From the NCBI GenBank assembly GCA_051362555.1, contig CM120642.1:31682001-31746000 (forward strand): 64,000 bases of DNA. The letters run 5' to 3'. This document shows positions 52,571-64,000 of this stretch, piece by piece. How positions within the stretch are numbered: the first letter of the stretch is position 1; each line of letters starts with the position of its first letter. The notes under the pieces were generated by a model, which made no database searches, was not told the origin of the DNA, and saw nothing but the letters and a program-made list of their open reading frames with translations. This stretch comes from Lingula anatina (Eukaryota; Animalia; Brachiopoda). The translations under genes and the position numbers were made by a program.

Positions 52571-55500
52571 GTAGGCCTGTCATAACGTGAATGTAATCTA
52601 TTAAAACAATACTACACGAATCTATGGGCTTTTGGTATTTTTAGTGCCAAGGAAGAATTGCATTATGTAGATACCATTACGTTAGGGGACCGGTCTCAAG
52701 CCGGTATAGCTTTAATGGACAACCCAGCGTCCGCACGTGCGCTTTGTTAAGACAGAAATTTCAAGAACTCTACAACGTGTGGCTGGAGTACGATAACTTC
52801 CTCGAACCTCCGGGATTGGATTTGTTCAATCTTGTGAAGTATTGTTTCCAATGACTTGAGTTCATTATGCCTGTGTAACAAATATAGGAGAAATCTGCGG
52901 CACGTTGAAAAGCGCTTGTTTTGTAGTTCGCTGGGGGTTTCTACAAACTGGCTGTAATAAAGCGACCGTCAACTGAAAAATTAGGTTTATGATTTGTTCA
53001 AGGAAGGTTCCCAGGTTTCTAGGCGGTCGTAAGTGGAGTAGGTGTGCGGTTACTGTGGGGGCTACAATGATGTGGTTAACCATATGCGCATGCTATATTT
53101 TAGTGAATTAAGGGCCTGGAAATAAGTGCCAATGTTCCTTTCTTGTGGTTCTCTGACATAACACTTGTTGTTTGATAAATCAAAGTTGATTGTATTGACA
53201 ACATAATCAACATTTGGATCTTGTTCACAGTTAGTTAACATGATATGAAAGGCATTCGAACTGGGTTCTGTATGCGACAAATAAGACCGTCAAGTACACT
53301 GATTGAAAATAAAAAACTAAAACGGATGCAAGTAGATTTTCCAGATCGTAGACGTGCATTTTGATGTTTAACATCACGAATGTATGAAACAATTTGTTCT
53401 GCGCATCACAGGGATTACACGTAACTGGTATACTGGCAATAACATCGTGCCGTTGCGCCTTGCATTCATTCATGTCCCTATCTATCCAATATTTCTTTTG
53501 CCACGACGATGCTCGTGTCAGCAGATAACTTTAAGGTCAACCGCAAACGACAAACTGCTTTTAAGGACATTCCGATACCTGGCTTCTAAACGAGTTATTT
53601 AGAATATAAAAATGCACTAGTTAACGTGTAGGCCTGATGTTACTGCTATTAAGTAAGTAACAAAAAAGGACACGGGGCGTCCGTTCACCTTTTGCACGGG
53701 GGATCGAGGGTCCGTATTTACGTAACTCAACCACTGTTACAAATACGCTCTTTACAAAAGAAAGGAATAACAGTTATAGAACAATACTAAATGTGTCCGA
53801 TTGACTTAGTTCACTCGTTTATAAAAGCCAAAGAAAAAAGTAGTGCACAGGTGCGCAGCACTAGAGTAGGAAGGAAAAGGTTTTGTGCCCATTCAGTAAA
53901 AGTTGCAGAGAAATTGATAAAAACATGCTAACAGAAGGCAGTTTGCTGGAGGTGTGTCCGGGGGCGTGACCCATTTTTAGCCAATCAAATCCGTTTTCAT
54001 TTGATTTTCGGTTTTTCAAGGCCGGCTGTAATTTCCATTCACATTTGCAAATTGTTTGTCAAATTAAATTCACGTGTGCACGATCGCGAGGGGACCCATA
54101 TAAGAGGTGTTTACCGGTTCCTTGTCCACTTCCATTGGCTCTTTGCCTCTTGGTCTTTCTACTCAAGTGCATTGAGCGGCTTGCCCAGGCTAACAACAAG
54201 TTTTGATAAGGTAGGCGGAGATGGTGCGATGATGATAATGCTTCTTCAATTTTAGAAAAAAAAATTAGTTTTATTTTGAACTGTATGAGATATTATTTCG
54301 AAGTGGTCGTTGAGACAATAGTGAAGAGAGATTTTCAGGCTAAGTGATTTCAATACATTTATGTGTAATTTTTAGTTATGATCTGTTTTCGATGAAATCA
54401 TTTGTTTGCTAAGCCAACATGTTGAAAAAAAACAAGACAGCGTTTTCAACGAGAAATGTTTCAATGTGTTTAGTGGTGGGCCACTTCTGTTCTGCAATAA
54501 TTCCCTTTTTCTTTTCTTTACCATTTTTTCTTTCTGTGTATTTTTTTTTGTGGGGGGGGGAGCACTTTGTCAGATAATATTCGTGAAGTCGGTTGGTTTG
54601 CGGTTTACAATTGTAAAAACAACTGTCAAAAATGATTTCTAATGCGGGTAAACTTAAAAGACGCTTTTAGGATATCGCATGTCAACACCAGTGGTTAATG
54701 AGTTGTCACAAAGTACCCCCTTCCGGAGATGCGCCTATTACGCGTTTAACTTCTTGTGCAATCTCAATTTCGTCGGGTCACGTCAGCTCAAGGTGGTACT
54801 GGAGTTTTTAGTTCTCTTGTTGCGTGACGGATTGAGCAGTGTTTTTACAGTAGGTGGCTGGTGTGATGGGTAATGATTGTAACTCCGGTATTACGGGTGA
54901 GGAATTTCTCTAAATAAATCGTTTGGTTTACACTGGGTTGACGCATCTGCTTTGGCCGGTCGTATCTGCCCAGATAGATGCAAAGCATCTATAAGGTCGA
55001 TCGTTACGTATTTTGATAAATGCTTTCTCTGGATGAAATAACACTACAACTCTTTGAAAAGCTTTTCTAGTTTTTCCTTTACATCAAATCTAGTATCCCT
55101 CCTGAGATGGCACGTGAGCTCAACCGCCATACATTTTCAACCTACGCGTATAGATCTGTTAAAAAAAAAAAAAACAGCTAAGACCCTCCAGGTAAACAAA
55201 AAGGTGTTCTTATGAATTGCTGCTATTTTCCACAAAGGCAGCACACTATGTTCACGCACTTATCCACCCTCTTGCCAATTTTTGGACCACGAAAACAATA
55301 AAAATTATACGTGCTCCATTTTGACGGCTCGCTTCATTCGATTAGATAAGCACTATGGTGATCTAGTAATCGTGAACTCATTTTTTTTCTTCGTGTGTTT
55401 GCTTTCAAAACTGTGTTTACTTTCATTTTCTCTTTAGAATCGAGATTAGGTTCACCCCGTGCAACAGGATGTTAGCTACTTGTTACAGTGGGTGTTTGTG

Positions 55501-57021
55501 AAAGGCGTCTGTCTTTAAAGTCGCATTTCAAACCGTTTCAAGTATGGAACCAAATACTTGCTGCCCTTGCGGTTTATAAGTCTCCCCCCCCCCCATTCCC
55601 TCACAACAAGAACCATTCTTTAATTTTCTACAACCATAGTGCAGCTGAGCAGTCTACATGCATTTTACAGACTGAGTCTGTCCCCCTCCAACTAGTTCTT
55701 GATTTGAAATCTTTCTCTCATCGGAGAACAACGGCCAATCTTCAGAGGGGTCCGTACAGACAGTCATGGGTTAGCGTTGGGCGGGACAGCAACGGTTGCA
55801 CAGGGTGCCCGATGAGACACTTTGAGGCTCATTTGTAAGTGTAGCAAGTGAGAGGGTCCTGAACCCGAACCAGGTAGCATATTAAATCTGGCCTCTAGGT
55901 CTCTTCTACCTACCTGAAGACTTGTGTGTGGTCGCCTAATGGAATTGTACTTAAAGTACTTCGTAATCAGAGGATGGCGGCTTGCAGAAGGAGACAAATC
56001 TCATTTTCTCTCACATTTTCTTTGACATCGATTACTTCCATTGTGAATGCTAAACATAAATTTCCCTCTTATGTTTTGTCAGTTTTTTAGTCGACACAGC
56101 AATTTTGGAATGTTATGCAAGTGTTTCTTTTCTTTTGAAGAATTTGGGTTTTTCAAGTCGTTGGCTGCATGTGTATAAGGATACATGTACTTGATAGCAC
56201 TTTGCTGCAAATTCTTCATTGCCGTATTTGATGTCCTTGTTAAACGTTTGAAGAAAAGATTGGTTTGAAACCACGTGCACAATGTTATGCAGCTTCTTGC
56301 AGTTGCTTAACTCCCCGGAATTATCTAACAGCAACAAGGCATTTTTTTTTGCTAGTTACTCAAGTAATCTATGTATGATAAATATGTATTGCCCCATTTA
56401 TTAAACACTAGGTCAATTAATTTTTTTACCCAAAATAAACTTCATACATATTTAAATCCCTTGTAAATAATGTATTTATATTGCAAATAACATTTTATAT
56501 GTTTTATAAGGTCCAAAAACATATTAACATTATAGATATGTCTTAATCAAAAGTTCACAGTTTTAATATTACACCCCCTGTAGTTACTTCATCACCTATT
56601 TTGCGCTTGACCATTCAAAATGGGTGTTATTTGTCAGCGTACTATACAAAGCATAGAATTATACCGAAAATTATTATAATGCATGAACTTTTAATCTTGC
56701 AATAGAACTTATATTTATTAAAGTCAAATTTAAATATTATATACTATTTATTCAAGGCGACGTTCTAAGTGAAATTGGAGACATGAACATACCCTGGGAT
56801 AAACCAGATTTCTGCACTGTACACTACTTTAAATGCTTTGTCTGAACAAACTCAGGTCTTTGACTTTTCAATATATCTGTCCAAAGCCAATGGACCGTAA
56901 TAACAACCTAGGGTGAATATTATATAAGATTTTAACCTCTTTCACGATCCAATGAACATCTGTTGTTGTGATTGAGCCTTGAATCTAAAAATCTCAGTCC
57001 CTCGATCTTTTTATTGCAGAA

Positions 57022-57777
57022 ATGGACAAGACGATCATCGCCCTCATCTTTCTCTCAATTCTTGTCTGCGAGATGTTGCTGACGTCAGCAGCGCCCACAC
57101 GTCATCATAAACATCACAAACGTCACGCTGCAGAGAAACACTCAAACAGAATATCAAAGCACGCAGGTAAGGTAAAATCGTATAAGCATTCAGTAGTGAT
57201 TGAAATAGCTTTTATTTTTTAACCTTTTAATCCTTTTCTTCTTTTTTTTTATATTTACTTTATTTTCATTATTATTTTGGCTTTATTCTCCTATCGAGAT
57301 TGCCACCAACGGGAGATCATTGTGAAGCTTTTCTTGTCCAGTTTATACAACGAATGTCCTGTTGCGTTCAGCAGTTACCAGTTTATCTTCGATGTTAGGA
57401 ATTTCTCGATCAGATAGATATTTAATGTGTCTGTGTGTTTTAAATCGCTATTGCGTATCTTGATATTCATTATAAATCTGGTATTTAATATTTGCGTGTA
57501 TTTTAATTTTCTACCGAGACATTCAGTATGTATGTGAGCGTATGTTGATACTAAGATTTTGTTCGATTTTGTTACAGAAAGACACCACAGGTTACACAAA
57601 AGAGACGTTACAGATCTAACAGCGGTAGACCCCAACACTCCCCGTTCCCGAGTAAAGAGGCATCACCTTCGACGGAGAAGCACCATGCCTTTTATGGTGG
57701 TTTCGATAACCTTAAACAAGCCGACTAAACAGCAACGCCAGCGCCTAAACAGAGGAGCTATTATTGCTGAAATGTAA
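57022..57777 (+). CDS. Uncharacterised 114-aa secreted His/Arg-rich pre-pro-peptide (gene B)
   Basis: Exons 57022-57166 and 57578-57777, phase-1 GT-AG: MDKTIIALIFLSILVCEMLLTSA-APTRHHKHHKRHAAEKHSNRISKHAERHHRLHKR-DVTDLTAVDPNTPRSRVKR-HHLRRR-STMPFMVVSITLNKPTKQQRQRLNRGAIIAEM*. Confidence 0.85.
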
Positions 57778-60454
57778 ACCGACACGGAGAATCTCAAGGC
57801 TATGACGTCACCTTAATCAACATTCCATTTCATTCCATTCTCATCGACTGAAAAACATGTCAAGCATATCAATAGTGTGACGTCACACTACGCCGTCGAG
57901 TCAAGAAGAGGTACGAAAGGGGCGCACATGATCTTGGTGTGACTTTAAGAGCAATTTCATTGAGGTATAAAAAGAACTGGCAAGTTTAAAAAATGTGTGG
58001 ACTACGCCATTCGGCGTAAACTGTGCGTCCCTGAAGAAAAGGGTGCGTGTCTTTTTGTTTCTTACCAACTTCTAGTCAAACAGTTGGAAGATATTCTTTC
58101 AAGCGATTCCATGATCTCATCTCTTTGTGGGCAACTTAAAGCGCTGTATTGCCAGGGACGTTCATCGACACCTCTTGTAGGTGAGTCCCTGTTGCAGATA
58201 CACATGTACATACAGACTGGGCGGCTATATGCTGCCAAGCATAATCGGTTTGAAAACGTCAACTGCGCTCTTTCGAAACGTGATAAGAACGTAACTGAAC
58301 GTAATGAAAAGCCTACAGTAAGCCGCCCATGAAAGGGTGTCTTGAAATTAACTATACATAAACTGTTCGATCTGAAAGTTACAACTTTGCGACGGTTATC
58401 GTCAATGGGCACCAGCGTAGAAAATGAGTTAAAGACAAAATGTACGGTCTTTTAAAGGAGGAACTCTTACGATTAACTTATTGTAAGAATGAGCTGCATT
58501 TAAGAATCTCGATTTCGAATAAACGAAAACGGGAACGCCTTATAAATAAATTGTAATTTTTTAAAGAAAAAAATAATCGCCTGTAGTTCCTTTTATATTT
58601 CCGTTTCACAGAATGACACCATGTATTGGCTTAGATTTTATTTCTCGCCTTTAATGTCACAAGTTCACGGGTACCCCTTTTATGAATATGCGACCAATAC
58701 ATATCTTCTCTGTGATTGATGTCAGGTTTCCTAAATATTGAATTTCAATAATAACCGATAAGCCCGGTCATCGACACGACATTCTCGAATGAGACTAGAA
58801 ATTAGTTGTCGGGAATATCTCGGTCCTTTATTCGTTCAGAAAACTTGACGAATTTCCAAATTATTGAGTTATGGTGCATGTAATTGCCAATCAACCCACG
58901 TTTTTGCCCTCACCATATTTGTGAAGGGATAAGGATATGAACTGGTTTAAACTTAATCCTTGATTAGCGTTCAAACAAGATCGATTTTTAATCGGAAATC
59001 TGGGTAAATTACATCATGACGATCAGAGGCCCAAAAGAATTTTTAAATTATTAAAATTTTTATCTAATTCTTTTAATTTTTCATTAAATTGGTTAATGAA
59101 AAGGAACGATTTTAACATGCCAGGAAAAAAACAAAAAACAATCCAAGTTGCTTATTCTGACAAAATTTCAAAAGTTAATCATGATTAGAATTTATTGGTA
59201 GTGCGTTGTTTTCGTCATACATCGATATCTGTTTATTGCCTAAAACGTATTTTTATGCAAAGATCCATAATAAAGTAAGTCATTGACGCTTTTTCAACTA
59301 CCCATCAGTTTGTAGTTGCAGTATTCAGAGACCCGTTTGAAAATTTGTTTGTTAGTTGATATCTTTACTGATTCAAAAAGTACTCCATTCAGCAATTGAA
59401 ATTATGACATCAGCCAAGAAGTCAATTCATCAATCTTGCTCGTATGCGAGGTTCAAGGCAACACAAGCTTAAACATTCCACACGTGTTTGCCTGCGTCAC
59501 CCAACGGTAGCTTTTGTCCTCGGCCCGTCAACGATGCTGCCCCTGGCGCTGTGTTACTGTTATTCTTCAACGCGTATAATATGATATAATTTGCCGAAGG
59601 TCACATATACGATAAATAAATAAACATGTATTAGTGTGATTCTTATTATTATAAGCGTCAAAGGAAACGGTTACCAACTGCAGGATACAAAAATAACTCG
59701 GTTTTTGAAGTCTTCTGTTATTCGTTTTAAATTTCTTGTATTACTTACTTAAAGCTACCTGGGGCTTAATATCGGATAGCGTTCCAGTGGAATTTGCGAC
59801 GGGAAAAAACACTTAAGTCAAAATGTTCTTATTTGTTGTACAATGTAAGAAAATACTTGGCAACTATCACGACCGACCATGAACATAAATAGCCTTTATT
59901 TCTGTCAAATTCCTATGGCTTTAAAATTCCATTTTTATTCAGTTAATCTCTCTTTTTGCTACTGTCCAATTTCGCAATTTTTCAATACTCATCAAATGCA
60001 AAGAAGGGCTATTAGGTGATCGTTTGACTAATTTGCTGACAAATACTTACTCTATACAGCTACATTCTATTTGTAAGGTTGTTTGTTTGACCTGTTACAT
60101 AGAAAAAGGCCCGAACCACACAATTCAAGTTTTGATAACGTGTTTATCATAGTCTTGTACAGGGGTCCGTACATAGGAAAATCAACATACAGATAAGCAT
60201 AGCACCGAATAGACCTGAATAAATATAAATATCGCGCAATTGACAATTTCAGTGCACCATATTCTGGGACGAATGAAGCACAGGAATACGGGGCTCGGCC
60301 ACACCTGTACAGCTAGGACCTGAACTGTTGTTGTTCACCTGTTTTCCTGTTTAGATGGATAGAAAGTGGAATGAGATTTATAATAAATAGCTGAATACTT
60401 TGACAATTCATGCCTTGGGGACTGAGTACTCATTTTAATGAGCACGAGTATAAT

Positions 60455-60460
<6 letters not shown>

Positions 60461-60549
<89 letters not shown>
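60461..60549. repeat. (CA)n(GA)n microsatellite
   Basis: Directly visible. Confidence 0.95.
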
Positions 60550-60553
<4 letters not shown>

Positions 60554-62519
60554 TAAAGGGATGAATTCATGGCATTAACTGACCGTGTCAGTCCTAACCC
60601 TACCAGGAAATATATTCAGCTAGATCCAGGCAGATTCGCTCCGCATTTGACGATTCCTTACAGAGCCTTCTCATAGTGTTCCCTTGCTCATTCATTGATT
60701 TACAAATTGCAGCAAGAATTCGATCATTCATTCGGTCGCTCGTTCCTTCTTTCCTTTCTTCGTTTGTTTTTTATGTGTTGTTATACACAAACTTTCATAC
60801 TTCGCTTACTTTGTAAGTCTAATTCTGTGTACGATTGTCGTTCACATCTTAAGTTAGAGTCATTACAGCCTAAATCTATGCAGGGTAGTTATTCTATAGA
60901 AGATGTATATAGTTTCCAGGGAGGCCTACAAGCAGCTGAAGTGTTGCAATTGATTAGTGTGATAGATGTGATTTTTTTTTTGTGAAGAAGATTATTTCTT
61001 GTTTATGCTTCTAATTTTGCTGTTATATTACCAGGAAAAAAGAAAGAAAAAAAGTTGCACCTACCACCGCCTCAGCCTTTAACTTAAATTTCTGAATGAC
61101 AAAAAGCTATACTAAGACTAGCTATACTAAGCCCATCTCCAAAGATCATATACATTTTTTCTCTATTCACTAGATCTACTCGTGAAATAGGTCTGTCTTC
61201 AGCCATTGACTAATAACGGACCAAAAGAATTGGTTAAACCCCTTCATATCAAAAGCAATTTACAGCTCAAGTGCAAGTCTACTCAAGCATTTACCCTCCA
61301 CTTAGCTTGTACGCTAAGAATAACAAATGTCTCAAAGAAAAAAAATGAAACATCGTCTGTTTAACAGAGCATCGCTGTAGACCGTTCTGAATTCAAAAGC
61401 CTAGATATAATAACGCATGAAATAATTTACTGGGCGACCTGGGCCCAGCGTATGACCCAAAGGTGAGTTGGTGCATTAACGTACTTTGCTGTCACTCATT
61501 CACTGGGAAATCCGCTAGTGTCAACGTTACCTTTTTTGTCAACTCTTGTGAGACTCACGTTATTAAGAAGAGCGCGTATTTGCTCTTGCAATAAGTCCAC
61601 TTTACGTAAGTTTTTATCCTATTTTTAAGATATGCGTTTAATCTCTCTTTATGCAGGTACATTATATGAAAGAAATCTCGAACTTTCATTGTAGTTTTTA
61701 GTCTTTTACCGCCTTCCCAATAAGGCATACATTATTCACTGGGCAATTCCTTGAAGCAAAAATGCAGGAATAGGTATTTTTCTGACCCACTGCGTCCTTC
61801 CCACGCCCCTACAACCCAGGCTTTCTCCTACCAATGAAATCTCCTCTCCCAGTAATCTGAGAGAATTTCAAGCGATCACTACCACGTGCTCATGCACCTT
61901 GATTAACAGTTTTGTTATGAATCGTCTTTAAAAAAAAATTTTTTCAGTGTTGGATTTATTAAGAATCATAAGAAAAACATAAAAATGCCTCTGCATAGAT
62001 AATGCTCTTTTCATAAACCATACTTTTTGGGCATAAATTCCTTTGTCAATTTTTTTTGTATTTTCTATGAAAGACATATCATGGTAAAACTATTTCTCTG
62101 TTTTTGATAAAAAAAATATTCAGTTGGTATATAAAATTAGTTAATGGTATTTAGTAATAAGAAAGGGAAACAGTAAAGATGAAAAGACTTATCACTTTGT
62201 CGGACGTTTTGAATACAAGGCGATTGACCGATTGACTGTGCTAGCTGAACCCACATTGATTGTGTCGCAACTGGTGCATTCTTCACTAAATCTCTAAACG
62301 CATTCCTTTAGACATGGACATACATTAGTTGAGCTCTTTAGATGAGGTAGCATCATAGACTATATAGAGCACTACTTATAACTTATTACTTACTTATACT
62401 TATAACTGTCATTTTGCTCTTCAAAGGAACCAAGAAACGGATAAATATAGAAAAAAATGTGACTGTTGAACAAAATTTAAAGATCTGCGTTATTGGGCTT
62501 GTGTTGATGAATTGACACA

Positions 62520-62667
62520 GCAGCGGCTCCTGGCGGTGACATTTTATTTGCATTGTGGGTAGGTTGGCAAGGAAAATAATATGGCGGCGGCAGTAGTAGT
62601 ATTTCGAGTTTCATAAACTCTTCATGAATCTTTCTTAGTCATATATGGGCTACACATCGCCAGCATG
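62520..62667 (+). promoter_or_regulatory. CDKL5 promoter and non-coding first exon
   Basis: GC-rich patch with YY1-like aatatggcggc at ~62578, donor ATG|GTAAGC at 62668, and next acceptor at 63056. Confidence 0.55.
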
Positions 62668-63106
62668 GTAAGCATAAAATTTCCGTTAAATATAATTCCG
62701 TCAATTTAGGTTGTTTGATACGAATTTTGAATTTACGGAGCGAAGTACGGCAAAATTGCATTCAAATTTATTTTCTAAAAATTGTAAATACCAAGAATTT
62801 CAGTTACTTGTTGCTTTTACAGTTTTATAGGTGAGCACTTTCCATTGGCCGTTTAAGCTTGAAAAATATGTTCGTTAAAAATTAATATTTAATTATTTTT
62901 TCTGTTTTGTTATTTGAATGCGTTCTGTTGCCTAAAACTCCAAGAAACTTATCTTGCAACTAAAAACGGAAAGTGTCTGACTTCGTTTTCTTGCTAAATA
63001 ATTCAGATTCACGCCAGGTCTGTTACCCAAATATTCTGTTGTTTTTTATTGTGTAGGCATTAAAGCCAAACCGTATGGATATGCATGGATAGAAAAGTGT
63101 TATGTG

Positions 63107-63143
63107 ATGAACAAGTACGAAGTTTTAGGAGTCGTAGGTGAAG
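63107..63143 (+). CDS. CDKL5: First coding exon of cyclin-dependent kinase-like 5 (gene continues beyond the window)
   Basis: MNKYEVLGVVGE-G|GTAAGT matches the CDKL5 N-terminus MNKFEILGVVGEG, with a phase-1 intron in the Gly-rich loop. Confidence 0.85.
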
Positions 63144-64000
63144 GTAAGTCCTGTGAACTTGTTTTATAATTTTTTTTTTGTTGTGCAAGATTCATGTTGT
63201 ACAGAAAAAAATACAGACTTAATTCTGCACTGAGGCAGGTCTTGTGCAAGCAAATTTTTTATTTTTGCTGAACCAAACCACTACTTTTTCATCACTTTTT
63301 TCTCCAAATGGTTTAAATTTAACTAAAACAAGTCAAAGCACCATACCCCTAATTTGTTTAGCCAATTCAAGTCATTTTAAGGATTTGTCTAAATTTACAA
63401 GTGTTAGTGCTACCCAGCTGCATGGAATTCATTGTGTGATAAAAGAGAATTAAAAAAAAATAAAAACAGTGTAATCAACAAAATCAATAAAATTCCTGTG
63501 ATTCGGAGTTAGTGTCTGTCTTATGCCAAGCCACCTCTTACTTTAGGCATGGGTTAAAAGACACACATGTAGACTCAATGAGGCAAAGGGAAGGGGTAGT
63601 GGGCTAATGTATCAGCTATACATACATTGTAAGCCCCATTTTCCCAGCACAAGTGAATATCAGTATATAATCAGCTGAAGCTCTAGTTTACCACTTACTG
63701 AATACGAATATTATCATGACATATGAATGGGAAAGATGATAACGGCAAATAATATTTCAACTAAAAGTTTTTAACTAAATGAGAAGTCTTGAACAGAAAA
63801 TGTAAATGTTCAAAGTGAGAGAGAGCACGGAATTTATATATAAATATTGAAAACGCCAATCCTCTCCTATTTTTTTTTAATAGAAGAAGTTTGTAAAAGA
63901 CAAGCACAGGCTATGGTACTTGAAGAGAAAAAAAAAAACAAAAAAAAAAACAAAACAACAAGCATATACAGCATGCTTTTCTTTTCTCCAGTGTCTCCCA

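Overview
AT-rich, intron-containing animal DNA, most consistent with a lophotrochozoan (mollusc-like) invertebrate; the taxon is an inference. In order, the window holds: (1) the last three exons of an Arg/Asp/Glu-rich protein, probably FIP1L1; (2) an intronless ~500-aa unknown protein on the minus strand; (3) a ~5 kb Helentron/HINE-like shell (15.2-20.2 kb) carrying decayed P-element/THAP9 transposase, P2X7-ballast-like Cys domain and SAM-like fragments; (4) a complete RRP8 (-) head-to-head with a complete ILK (+), as in human; (5) two unannotated small secreted pre-pro-peptide genes with the same exon architecture (~43 kb and ~57 kb), with an intron-containing tRNA-Arg(TCT) between them; (6) the start of CDKL5. 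ILK contains a second HINE copy with nested tandem repeats and an apparently duplicated kinase-domain exon. Several MITEs and microsatellites are also present. The strongest novelty candidates are the peptide-precursor pair, the cargo-loaded Helentron-like element and the duplicated ILK exon. All calls were made by reading the sequence; no searches were run.
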